Source of the DNA: an uncultured cyanobacterium
GTDB lineage: Bacteria > Cyanobacteriota > Cyanobacteriia > Cyanobacteriales > CAWUOF01
Assembly (NCBI GenBank): GCA_963744145.1
Contig: CAVUSO010000001.1
Location: forward strand, 736,001-800,000
DNA: 64,000 nucleotides
Reading direction: 5' to 3'
Positions 27,997 through 37,726 of the stretch are shown piece after piece. A program made the position numbers and the translations under genes. The notes under the pieces were generated by a model that saw nothing but the letters and a program-made list of their open reading frames with translations, did no database searches and had not been told where the DNA came from. The stretch's first letter is position 1. Each line of letters starts with the position of its first letter.

Positions 27997-29040
27997 ATGA
28001 GTGAGTGGAAATTATTTAAGCTGAAATTTGGACGCACTCCCGTTCACTTTGGCGAATTGGGAATTGGGATGGAAGAAACAAGCGATCGCATCCACTCAGA
28101 CACGCTATTTAGTGCTTGGGTGAGTGCTTACGCTCGGTTATTCGGGCAAATTGCTGTTGAGGAACTATTGCAAAAATTCCAGAATGAAAAAGAACCACTA
28201 TTTCGATTGAGTTCTACTTTTATCTATCAGCAGATCGACAAGAAAACTATTTATTATTTACCTCGTCCTTTCAAACGTCCAATAAACTATCCAGAGCAAG
28301 ATTTTGAATTTGCTAAAGAGTATAAAAAACTGAATTACTTACCCTTGGAAGTATGGCAACGTTGGTATCAAGGGGAAGGATGGATAAATACGGATCAACA
28401 AGAACTTGAAGCTAAAGCTAAAAAGAGAGAAATCCAGCCTAGAAAACTGAAAGAAGTAGGTACTTTTGATTATAGTGAAGCGGTCAAAAAGAGTAAAGTT
28501 CCTAAAATTGCAGTCGATCGCATTACCAGAGCAACTAATCTCTACCACACGACATTTGTTCAATATCAAGAGAATGCAGGTTTATATTTTCTGGTTCAAT
28601 TCCATGACACAGAATTTGAACATAAATTTTTGAGTGTCTTAAACTTTCTAGGTGATGAAGGAATTGGTGGTGAACGTTCTAGCGGTGCAGGACAATTTGA
28701 GGTTGAATCTGGCGAAATTTCTGATTGGCAACAACTGATTAAGTTTGATCAGGGAAATTTGTATAGTTTGATCAGTTTATTTTGGGAAAATCCTCTTGAT
28801 CCTGACTTGCTAGCTCAAGAATCTAGTTATGAATTACTGCGTCGAGGGGGATGGATTTCCTCTTCTCCTTCAGGAAATCAGCGTCGTCGTAAGTCAGTAC
28901 AAATGTTTGCTGAAGGTTCAGTTTTTCCAGTTAAACCTAAAGGTAAGCTTGCTGATGTAACACCCGAGCATTTTCAAGCTCATAGTGTTTATCGCAGTGG
29001 GATTAGTTTGAGTTTACCAATTAAAGTATTAGTTGAGTAA
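27997..29040 (+). CDS. csm4: Csm4 RAMP
   Basis: HFGE, IHSDTLFSA, GIGGERSSGAG. Confidence 0.95.
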   Translation: MSEWKLFKLKFGRTPVHFGELGIGMEETSDRIHSDTLFSAWVSAYARLFGQIAVEELLQKFQNEKEPLFRLSSTFIYQQIDKKTIYYLPRPFKRPINYPEQDFEFAKEYKKLNYLPLEVWQRWYQGEGWINTDQQELEAKAKKREIQPRKLKEVGTFDYSEAVKKSKVPKIAVDRITRATNLYHTTFVQYQENAGLYFLVQFHDTEFEHKFLSVLNFLGDEGIGGERSSGAGQFEVESGEISDWQQLIKFDQGNLYSLISLFWENPLDPDLLAQESSYELLRRGGWISSSPSGNQRRRKSVQMFAEGSVFPVKPKGKLADVTPEHFQAHSVYRSGISLSLPIKVLVE

Positions 29041-29044
29041 AATT

Positions 29045-30331
29045 ATGATTTCTACTTCTGAAGATGCTCTGGTAAAACCAGAGATTTACGAAACAAAACG
29101 CATTCATCTTACCAGTCCAATTCTGCATATAGGTTCGGAAGTTTCTAAACTCAGTCCGTTTGAATATGTACAAACCGATAGTCAAGTTTACCTACCAAAC
29201 CAGGAAGCTTTAGCTAAAGCATTATACCAAAGAGGAAAGTTACAGGAATATATTCACAGACTTGAAAATCGACAAGAAATTACTCCTTTGTTAAAAGAAG
29301 CGTTTGGAGATAATTGGCAAAATGAAAAACTTAATGGAGCAGCGATTTTTCCCAAAACTAAAATTAGTCATAAGTGGACAGCAGAAAAAATTACCGATTT
29401 ACGTCCAATGATTCGCAATGGATTCGGACAACTATATATTCCCGGTTCTTCAATTAAGGGTGCTATTCGGACAGCGATCGCTTATCATTTGCTCACCCAT
29501 CCCAATCAATATAATCTTCCCTCCTCTGTTCGAGTGAGTGAAATAGAGAAAAAATTGAGAGAAAAAATTAAAACAGGAGAAATCGCTCGGAAAGCTAAAC
29601 AAATAGCTCTTGACGATCAACTGTTTATGGATTCTCTATTCACTGAATTTGAAATCGCCGATCGAGACAATCTAAAATTTGGGCCGAATACTGATTTTAT
29701 GCGAGCAATCAAAGTGACGGATTCTCAGCTTTTACTAGAGAAAACTAAAACCATTAAAGAAGGCAAAAAAATAACAGTTAACTCACCAATAGTAGCTGAA
29801 GTAATGGTTTCTAGTAAACTAGCTGATCACAAAGCAAAATATCGGGCGTCTATTTATGCTGAAATGGTAAGAAATGTCAGCACGACCTTTACCATCAGCT
29901 TAGACCAAAAAATGTTAGACAGTTTTCATCATATTCAAGGATTAAAAATTCCTTTTCAAAATATTGATGAACTCTTAAGAATTTGCCAAGAATTTGCTCA
30001 ACATCAGTGGGACGCTGAACATGATTACTGGCAAGATATTAAAGATAATCATTATCAAGAAAAAAATTTATACTTTGAAGCAATTCGTGAATTTTATGAA
30101 ACTATTAAATCTCCTTACAGTTTGCGGTTAGGTTGGGCTAGTGGAATGAGAGGTACTACAGTTAATTTATGTCTCAGTGATGAAGTAGTTGAACAAATTC
30201 GGGATAACTGTGGTATTATGGCTCCTGGGTTTGAAGCACCTAAATCTAGACGTACAGTAATTAACAATAAAGGAGATGTTAAGTTTCCTCTTGGATGGGT
30301 AAAATTTAATATGTTAAAAGGTGTCGTTTAG
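29045..30331 (+). CDS. csm5: Csm5 RAMP
   Basis: LHIGS, YIPGSSIKGAIRTA, LRLGWASG, PLGWV. Confidence 0.93.
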   Translation: MISTSEDALVKPEIYETKRIHLTSPILHIGSEVSKLSPFEYVQTDSQVYLPNQEALAKALYQRGKLQEYIHRLENRQEITPLLKEAFGDNWQNEKLNGAAIFPKTKISHKWTAEKITDLRPMIRNGFGQLYIPGSSIKGAIRTAIAYHLLTHPNQYNLPSSVRVSEIEKKLREKIKTGEIARKAKQIALDDQLFMDSLFTEFEIADRDNLKFGPNTDFMRAIKVTDSQLLLEKTKTIKEGKKITVNSPIVAEVMVSSKLADHKAKYRASIYAEMVRNVSTTFTISLDQKMLDSFHHIQGLKIPFQNIDELLRICQEFAQHQWDAEHDYWQDIKDNHYQEKNLYFEAIREFYETIKSPYSLRLGWASGMRGTTVNLCLSDEVVEQIRDNCGIMAPGFEAPKSRRTVINNKGDVKFPLGWVKFNMLKGVV

Positions 30332-30370
30332 TTTCATCATCAGAAATTTAGTAGGAGCATGATAAAAACA

Positions 30371-31765
30371 ATGATAAATTATATTAAAAAATTAGAAGTA
30401 GTAGGTCTTCATCATCGATTTGATATCATCCAAGATTTTTATCCCAATACACAAATTATATTTGGTGAAAATGGCACAGGTAAAACAACATTACTTCATA
30501 TTTTAGCTAATTTATTAAATGCTGACTATCGGCGTTTTTTTGCACTTGATTTCAATCACATAAAAGCCATTATGGATGATGAAACAATTTTAAAGATACG
30601 CAAAGCAGATTATCAGCCAGAAAATAACACATATAATAGTCTCATTGTACAGTCAAGTAAAGCAAGAAGTAGATTGTCAATCTTAAAAGAAAGCCAAGAA
30701 AATGATTACGAGTTGCAAAGCTGGAATCGACGACACTATGGATCTTTACTACCAGTAGTTTATTTTCCAGCTTTTAGAAACATTATAGAAGCTTGGGCTA
30801 TGGTAGAAAATCGTAAAAATAAATATGAACTAGATAAAGTTAGAGAACAAGAAATTACTGAATTTGTTCGCAATGTCTACGGTCAATTTACTCCCCAAAT
30901 AAATTATCCATCACCTGTGGAAATTGAACAAGAACTGGTGCATGAAATGAAACAAGCAGGGGATCGAGTCTTTGAAAGCGATCGCCAAGTTTTAGATCAA
31001 AGTTTTATCGATGTATTTTCCCAATTATCCCCCGCTACTTCCCATATTAATGAGGATCTAAATAACCCGAACGAAATTATCCAAAACATCAAAAAACTTT
31101 CAGAAGAAATTAATAATTATCCATTCCAAAAAGCTGCTGTGTTAGGTGGAGGTATTTACTCAATTCAGAATATATTGAAATCAGTAGCATCTAACCAACA
31201 TGAACTCAAGCTTGCTACTGAAATCTTAGGTGTCTATCAGGATTCATTAGAAAAAATGTTTCAAATTAGAAAGGAGTCTTTTGTAAAGATTAAGCAGTAT
31301 TTGGATGCGGTCAATTATTTTTTAAAAGGAAAAGAGCTAATGACTGAAGTCCAAGGATTTAATGAAATATTTGTTGGGTTAAAATTTGATGATGCTTTTT
31401 CCCTAAGAGGTTTTAGTGGTTTGTCATCAGGTGAACGTCAAATTGTCACGCTGATCTATGCTGTTAATCGCATGAATAAACAAAAACTTGTCTTGATAGA
31501 TGAACCTGAAATATCTCTTCATGTTGACTGGCAAAGGGAACTTCTTAAGACAATTTCTAAACAGTCTTCAGATTGTCAAATTATTGTTTGTACTCATTCA
31601 CCAGTTATTGCTGGAGATTACGATGAATCTATGACTGAGATTAACTTAACTCCAACTAATAAGCAATTATGGATTGATGATAGCATTGATAGAGATGACT
31701 TTCCCTATTCAGAAGATGAAGATGATGTAATGGATTCTGATGAATTTCAAGAAACTGACGAATAA
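30371..31765 (+). CDS. ABC-type (AAA_15/AAA_21) ATPase, AriA/PARIS-like, with acidic tail
   Basis: Walker A GENGTGKT, signature LSSGERQ, Walker B/D-loop LIDEPEISLH, H-loop CTHS; start could be 30359. Confidence 0.85.
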   Translation: MINYIKKLEVVGLHHRFDIIQDFYPNTQIIFGENGTGKTTLLHILANLLNADYRRFFALDFNHIKAIMDDETILKIRKADYQPENNTYNSLIVQSSKARSRLSILKESQENDYELQSWNRRHYGSLLPVVYFPAFRNIIEAWAMVENRKNKYELDKVREQEITEFVRNVYGQFTPQINYPSPVEIEQELVHEMKQAGDRVFESDRQVLDQSFIDVFSQLSPATSHINEDLNNPNEIIQNIKKLSEEINNYPFQKAAVLGGGIYSIQNILKSVASNQHELKLATEILGVYQDSLEKMFQIRKESFVKIKQYLDAVNYFLKGKELMTEVQGFNEIFVGLKFDDAFSLRGFSGLSSGERQIVTLIYAVNRMNKQKLVLIDEPEISLHVDWQRELLKTISKQSSDCQIIVCTHSPVIAGDYDESMTEINLTPTNKQLWIDDSIDRDDFPYSEDEDDVMDSDEFQETDE

Positions 31766-31785
31766 AAACAGGATGATTTTTGTTT

Positions 31786-32916
31786 ATGGCGATTTCTAAC
31801 TATACGCAACAGGACTACTTGAACTATATACAGTTCAGTAAAAAGAAACACTTGTTAGTAGAGGGAGTGACTGATAAACGAATTTTTAATCTGCTTTTTG
31901 ATGAATGGGAACAGAAACAGAAAAATAATATTAATCTAGTAAACCTAGAAGTACAGATAGATACTGCTGAAGGTTTGAACTTTATTGATGTACCCCGAAA
32001 TTGCGATCGCGTCAAGGCAATTTGCCAAAGTATTGAAACTAAACCCTATAATTATAAGTTAGTGGGTTTTATCGATCGAGAGTTTAATGAATTTGCATAT
32101 AGTTCTTCTTTTGAAGACAACCTAAAAGGACATAAAGTAGAAGGTAGACTTGTATGGTCAAGAGGACATTCTATTGAAAATTACTTTTTTGAATACTCAA
32201 TCCTTCGCGAACATTTTCGGGGTCTAGCTCTAGACTATTTTAGTGAAGCATTGGAAGTTTTCAGTAGTCAATTTCTAGAATCTATTCTGAAAATAGCTTG
32301 TGCTGTTACTCTTGCTAGTAAAGAAATTGGCAAAATTCAAAAAATTGAAGATAGAATCATTCAAGATTTTTTTCAAATAATTAATAATGAATTTCTGATA
32401 AAGTTAGAATTTTTTAAAGAAAACTTAATTAAAAGTAAGAATGATTTTACTCTAGAAGAAGCTGAAGAATTCTACAGAGAATATATTAATTTTCAAGATA
32501 AAATCACATTATTTAAAGATCCACAAATTATTAGATGGCTTTGTCATGGTCATATAGGTATAAAATTAATATGCTTAAGTTATGATTTATGTATTGATGA
32601 GTTGGCAAAACATTTTGAAAAATATGCTAGAGAATTATACAATAATTTTCAAGCCATAATCACATTATTTAAAGATTTGCAAATTATTAGATATCTTTGT
32701 CGTAGTTGTGTAGGTATAAAATTAATATGCCTAAGCTATGATTTATGTATTGATAAGTTAGCAAAATGTATTGATGATTTAGAGAATAAAATATATATCA
32801 AAACAAAGGAACTTATTAAAATCAATGGTATTGCTAACATTTGGGCTGTAAAAGCACTTGATGGAAAATGTGAATATCCTCAAGAAATTTTTCAATTATT
32901 GGGAATTGATACTTAA
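31786..32916 (+). CDS. DUF4435/TOPRIM-like protein, AriB/PARIS-like
   Basis: LLVEGVTD, GFIDREF, GHSIENYF and LCHGH motifs; directly downstream of the ABC ATPase. Confidence 0.7.
   Translation: MAISNYTQQDYLNYIQFSKKKHLLVEGVTDKRIFNLLFDEWEQKQKNNINLVNLEVQIDTAEGLNFIDVPRNCDRVKAICQSIETKPYNYKLVGFIDREFNEFAYSSSFEDNLKGHKVEGRLVWSRGHSIENYFFEYSILREHFRGLALDYFSEALEVFSSQFLESILKIACAVTLASKEIGKIQKIEDRIIQDFFQIINNEFLIKLEFFKENLIKSKNDFTLEEAEEFYREYINFQDKITLFKDPQIIRWLCHGHIGIKLICLSYDLCIDELAKHFEKYARELYNNFQAIITLFKDLQIIRYLCRSCVGIKLICLSYDLCIDKLAKCIDDLENKIYIKTKELIKINGIANIWAVKALDGKCEYPQEIFQLLGIDT
32488..32774 (+). repeat. 156-bp-period in-frame duplication in the DUF4435-like gene
   Basis: NFQ..ITLFKD.QIIR.LC....GIKLICLSYDLCID.LAK occurs twice. 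Confidence 0.9.
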
Positions 32917-32942
32917 TTTTTTTATTAATCCAGTTATTGCTT

Positions 32943-33710
32943 ATGCTGATTCGTTCAACTTGGACACTAAAAGTACAGGAATCGACAAGTCTACCCCGAT
33001 CGCACGGTTTAGAACTTACTAAACTACTGCATCAAAAACTAGGTTGGGACATCGGTAATGAAAGAATTCCTTCAACAACCTATTCTGGTTTGCTAGGATA
33101 TTATATAGGAAATGGGGATTTTCTGACATTTTTGCCAGAGGAAACTTATCAGCTTTCTCTCAGTGGTTTACACCGAGAAACTGCTCAAGCGATCGCATCT
33201 TTGGACCTATCTTCTGGGTTAGAGTTTTTGGGGGTAAAATTTGAAGTCTGCGATCGCCAAGACAAAATCACCAGCTACGAGGAACTTTATACTACTTTAG
33301 TTGCTAACGAACCAGAACCAGTTCATCGCTTTAATTTAAAATTTATTACTCCCACAGCTTTTGCTCAACAAAAAATTCACTTACCATTACCAGTTCCCAG
33401 TTTAATGTTTCGCAATTGGTTAGAAAGATGGAATGAATTTGCACCAGTTTATTTAGGAGGGGATGAACTAATTGGGTATTTGGAGAATACAGTGGTGATT
33501 AAATCGCACCAAATCAAAACGCGATCGTTTCAACTATCGAGAGGGTACATCAATGGATTTATTGGTAATGTAAATTTACAAATTCCTTACCGAATAGATG
33601 CTTTACTGGTAAATGTAGCTAATTTATTGATTCAGTATAGCCAGTATTCAGGTACGGGAATCAAAACCCGTTTAGGAATGGGACAGACTATGATAAGGAA
33701 TGAAAACTAA
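32943..33710 (+). CDS. cas6: CRISPR precursor-processing endoribonuclease Cas6
   Basis: FITPTAF, PLPVP, C-terminal YSGTGIKTRLGMG loop. Confidence 0.93.
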   Translation: MLIRSTWTLKVQESTSLPRSHGLELTKLLHQKLGWDIGNERIPSTTYSGLLGYYIGNGDFLTFLPEETYQLSLSGLHRETAQAIASLDLSSGLEFLGVKFEVCDRQDKITSYEELYTTLVANEPEPVHRFNLKFITPTAFAQQKIHLPLPVPSLMFRNWLERWNEFAPVYLGGDELIGYLENTVVIKSHQIKTRSFQLSRGYINGFIGNVNLQIPYRIDALLVNVANLLIQYSQYSGTGIKTRLGMGQTMIRNEN

Positions 33711-33875
33711 ATAACTTGATGATTTATTGTAGTAAGCACCAAGAGCGCTCTCATCGCTTTTAATTTCTATTTTTAAGTTTATTCTCGACGTGAAATCAAC
33801 CTTGATTTTGTCAGGGAGTTGAAAAAATAAAAATTACCAGTTAAAATAAGAACAGATTAAATCAATGAACAAATT

Positions 33876-34475
33876 ATGATTGCTAATCCTCAAAACTTTC
33901 AAAAAATGACAGCGGTACAATACCTAGAATGGGAAGCTAAACAAGAACTTCGCTATGAATATATTGATGGGGAAATTTTAGCGATGACAGGGGGTACTAT
34001 TCCTCATAACAAGATTTCCCTCAACTTCTATAGGACTTTGTACCCTCATTTACGTCAGAGAGGTTGTGAAGCTTATGTTTCAGATGTGAAAGTTCAGGAT
34101 AGTAATAATACTCGTTATTTCTATCCTGATTTAGTTGTCACTTGTCACCCTGATGATTTAAAAGCTAGTGATTTTCTTGAATATCCTAAAATTATTGTTG
34201 AGGTTCTTTCTCCCAGTACAGCAAGTTACGATTCTCCTATGGAGACGCTACGCGAACGCGGTGACAAATTCAAATATTATCGTCAGATTCCGACTTTACA
34301 AGAGTATGTTTTAGTCGATTCTGAATCCATCTCCGTTGAAGTTTATCATCGAGGAGAAGGTAAAATGTGGCTTTATTATGCTTATACAGCCGAAGAAGCG
34401 ATCGCATTCTTCAGTATTGAGTTTGAGTGTCCGATTGAAGTTTTGTATGAAGGAGTTAGCTTTGAGAAAGAGTGA
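33876..34475 (+). CDS. Uma2 family endonuclease with an 8-aa insert
   Basis: [32 protein letters not shown]. Confidence 0.9.
   Translation: MIANPQNFQKMTAVQYLEWEAKQELRYEYIDGEILAMTGGTIPHNKISLNFYRTLYPHLRQRGCEAYVSDVKVQDSNNTRYFYPDLVVTCHPDDLKASDFLEYPKIIVEVLSPSTASYDSPMETLRERGDKFKYYRQIPTLQEYVLVDSESISVEVYHRGEGKMWLYYAYTAEEAIAFFSIEFECPIEVLYEGVSFEKE
34233..34256. mobile_element. 24-nt small dispersed repeat inserted in a HIP1-like site
   Basis: Removing TCTCCTATGGAGACGCTACGCGAA restores ACGAT-CGC and the usual YDRG motif; contains hairpin TCTCC-TAT-GGAGA. Confidence 0.75.
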
Positions 34476-34683
34476 GCGCAAAAATAGGTATTAAGAATTT
34501 CATTAAATTTGATCTGTCCGTCCCATTTCTGCTAAACTAGACTCAGACTTGATTTAGGAGTCCAATAATTTATGAATTAGATCAACTTTTTGCAGCAGTT
34601 AACTACATTTTTCAACAGGGCATTTTCCAGTTAGATAAACTTGTACACTGTTAATATTTTCAGATTACCTTAAGGAACAAATT

Positions 34684-35256
34684 ATGATTGCTAATCCTCA
34701 ATACCCTCAAAAAATGACAGCTGAAGAATACCTAGAATGGGAAGCAAAGCAGGAATTTCGCCATGAATATGTTGATGGCGAAATTTTGGCAATGACAGGA
34801 AGTCCCCTTCCTCATAATGACATTGCTCTCAATTTATATACAGCACTAAGACCTCATTTGCGTCAGAGGGGTTGTCGAGTTAATGTATCAGATGTGAAAG
34901 TTCATGATAGTAAAAACAGTCGTTATTTCTATCCTGATTTAGTTGTTACTTGCGCCCCTGAAGACTTGAAAGCTCACAAATTTATTCAATATCCCAAAGT
35001 TATTATTGAAGTTCTTTCTCCTAGTACCGAAAATTACAACCGCACTAAAAAATTCAAATATTATCGTCAGATTCCCAGTTTACAAGAGTATGTTTTAGTA
35101 GATTCAGAAGAAATAGCTGTTGAGGTTTATCATCGAGGGGAAGGTAAAATGTGGCATTATTATGAATACGCAACCGGAGATGCGATCGCATTCTTCAGTA
35201 TCGAGTTTGAGTGTCCGATTGAAGTTTTGTATGAAGGGGTTAGTTTTGACCAATAG
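34684..35256 (+). CDS. Uma2 family endonuclease (paralog of the 33876 gene)
   Basis: Same motifs and high similarity, without the insert. Confidence 0.9.
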   Translation: MIANPQYPQKMTAEEYLEWEAKQEFRHEYVDGEILAMTGSPLPHNDIALNLYTALRPHLRQRGCRVNVSDVKVHDSKNSRYFYPDLVVTCAPEDLKAHKFIQYPKVIIEVLSPSTENYNRTKKFKYYRQIPSLQEYVLVDSEEIAVEVYHRGEGKMWHYYEYATGDAIAFFSIEFECPIEVLYEGVSFDQ

Positions 35257-35297
35257 TAAAAATGGAGAAAGATTAACTTGTATGAGGAAGTCATAAA

Positions 35298-35903
35298 ATG
35301 TCTTATAGTCAGTTTACTTTAGAGACAGTTGAACAAGTTTTTGGGCTAAGTATTATTGAAAAGTTGGATATTTTTGCGACAGTATCGGAAGTTTCCATTA
35401 GTAATTTCTTAACACAGTGTTTGCAATATAATACTCCTTTAGCATTGGAAATTGCTACAGAGAAAGCGCGATCGGAGATGATTATTACACCAATTTTAAT
35501 TGAATTGAAACAGCAGTTTGAGTCTAAAATTAGTCTATTCTCAGGGAGAGAATTTAATGTGGATAGTCAACAAAGATTAATTGGTTATTGTGATTTTCTT
35601 ATTAGTAAATCTCCATCTCAATTGCTAATTAAATCACCGATCGCTGTAATTGTAAAAGCTAAAAATGATAATATTCAATCTGGGTTAGGTCAGTGTATTG
35701 CTGAAATGGTAGCAGCACAAATATTTAATCAGCGTCAGAATAATTCCCATCCAACTATTTATGGTTCTGTAACTACTGGAACTAACTGGAAGTTTATGCG
35801 ATTACTTGATACCATAGTTGAAATTGACCCTAATGAATATTTTCTCAACCATATCGGTAAGTTAATGGGTATATTAAGAAGTTTTATTGAATCAGGAGAG
35901 TAG
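35298..35903 (+). CDS. Restriction-endonuclease-like protein (same family as the 17961 gene)
   Basis: EKARSEMII, GYCDFL, GLGQCIAEMVAAQ, YGSVTTGTNWKF. Confidence 0.75.
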   Translation: MSYSQFTLETVEQVFGLSIIEKLDIFATVSEVSISNFLTQCLQYNTPLALEIATEKARSEMIITPILIELKQQFESKISLFSGREFNVDSQQRLIGYCDFLISKSPSQLLIKSPIAVIVKAKNDNIQSGLGQCIAEMVAAQIFNQRQNNSHPTIYGSVTTGTNWKFMRLLDTIVEIDPNEYFLNHIGKLMGILRSFIESGE

Positions 35904-35953
35904 TCCAAGTCTTTTTATTGACTTAATTCTTGGCGATTGCTCTCCTGCTAATT

Positions 35954-36580
35954 TCATCGGATCTGTCTTACCCAATTTCGGATAGCTTGTCTAATTGCTC
36001 GTCTTCCATTTGGACGAGATTGGTCAATTATTGAGGGAATTTCTTGCACTCGCAACATGGGAAAAATTGAGCTAGTTTCTACTTCCACATATTTCTCATT
36101 TTGGAGTTGATAAATTTTCAATTCACCAGAATCATAACACCAAATTTCTGGTATACCTAAACGAGCGTAAATGGGAAAGCGATTTAAAGATTTACTGGTT
36201 AAATCGATTTCTAAAGCTAAGTCAGGAGGAGGATCTTGATTCAAGTCAAACTTTAATTGACCCCTGACTCTAGCTTCATTTTGAAAATAAAAACAGTTAT
36301 CTGGTTCAATTCCAGCTTTGCTAATTTCCCGTTTCCAAGTAGTTGATCCGTAACTTTCATAATTAATTTCTAGTTCTTCTGATATGTCTTTAATTGCATC
36401 ACTAATAGATTCTTTGTAATACTCATGTTCAGGTAATGGGGTCATAATTTCCAAAGTTCCGTTATCGTAAGCAACTCGTGCAGCACGAGTTTGACCTAAG
36501 TCAATTAGTAAATTTTCAAATTGCTGCCAACTAATATCGTATAAGATCACGCGATCGGCACGGTGTTCGGTCAGTTGCAT
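35954..36580 (-). CDS. Uma2 family endonuclease
   Basis: ISWQQFE, LEIMTP, IEPDNCFY, PPPDLALEID. Confidence 0.9.
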   Translation of the reverse strand: MQLTEHRADRVILYDISWQQFENLLIDLGQTRAARVAYDNGTLEIMTPLPEHEYYKESISDAIKDISEELEINYESYGSTTWKREISKAGIEPDNCFYFQNEARVRGQLKFDLNQDPPPDLALEIDLTSKSLNRFPIYARLGIPEIWCYDSGELKIYQLQNEKYVEVETSSIFPMLRVQEIPSIIDQSRPNGRRAIRQAIRNWVRQIR

Positions 36581-36655
36581 AAGCTTTTTTCATCCAGTCT
36601 GACAAACAATTATTATATTATCATTTACTTTAGTAAGATGGTTATTTTATTTAGG

Positions 36656-37155
36656 ATTTTGAAATATTGGGCGATCGCGCTTTGATAATTTTACCCTATT
36701 ACTGATGGATCAATTCAAACTTCACTTTAACCGTATCCCAGGATATTTATCATGCTTCTGCTTCTCTCCCTCTGGGACAATAAGTAATGCTTATCTATTA
36801 TCGATCACTCAAAATTTTATAAAAATTTTAGAAAGTTCAGTGTTTTTCGATATTTACAATTGATCAGGGAGACATTATAGTGATAAGTGGTTAGAATACT
36901 TTAAGCGTCAGATATAAGTCATGTCTAAACTAATTATGTCTCTTCTTAGTCGTCGCCATTTTCTTGGTCAGCAGCACTAATTGGAGCTGCCGGATTGTCG
37001 TCAATTGCGTTAGTCCAGGAAATGGATAGCGAAGATCGAAAAAATTTAGGAATTGCAATTAGTACAGGAACAATAGCTGGTGCTGCTACAGTTTTAGGTG
37101 CTTGGACTGCTGCTAGTGCTTTGGGAGTAGCAGGCACGATCGCCTAAAATTGATA
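36656..37155 (+). pseudogene. Internally deleted copy of the 40145-42529 gene with its upstream region
   Basis: 36921-36970 matches 40145-40194; 36971-37137 matches 41423-41589; 37138-37155 matches 42547-42564. Confidence 0.9.
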
Positions 37156-37192
37156 GAAATCGATTGAGCGATGAGGAATAAAAATGACAAGA

Positions 37193-37531
37193 TTAGCCTA
37201 GCGCAAACTCTGTGTACTGTCGCACATAAGGTGCATAATAGGCTAGTACAATTTCCTGTTTCGGCACACCCAGGGCTACTAATTGATCAGCGATCGCTTC
37301 TTCTGTTCCATCATGTTGCACCCAAATTTTTCCATCTTTAATATCAACATGAAGTATACAACCATAGATCCGAGTAGTGCTGTCCTTCCAACCCACATTT
37401 ACCAGCTGATAGCGATCGCTGATCGGATCAAAAATTGTTTCGCTGACAACCGGATCATGAGGTGAGCGTCGGTTGGCTCGTTGAGTCAGTAAGTCCTGAA
37501 TATACTGACGATATAAACTTATTTTATCCAT
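37193..37531 (-). CDS. xisI: XisI family protein
   Basis: HVDIKDGKIWVQHDGTEEAIA...IVLAY. Confidence 0.9.
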   Translation of the reverse strand: MDKISLYRQYIQDLLTQRANRRSPHDPVVSETIFDPISDRYQLVNVGWKDSTTRIYGCILHVDIKDGKIWVQHDGTEEAIADQLVALGVPKQEIVLAYYAPYVRQYTEFALG

Positions 37532-37726
37532 TGGACAATCTCCTGGTTTTCTATATTATAGATCGTTTAGCGTGCCGTAGCATCAGCATTACTATGGCAT
37601 AATTAGAGGATATAAGCATACTGAAGTCTCGTTTTAGGAGAAAAAATCTCTCTGATTTGATTTTCACAACCTGGTTAAGGTAAGTTAATAGAATAAGGAT
37701 GTAGTATTTTAACTAGACAAAAAGCT

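Noticed and set aside
33711-33875. CRISPR array or leader downstream of cas6
   Set aside because: No repeated 30-40 bp unit here or in any other intergenic region I read.
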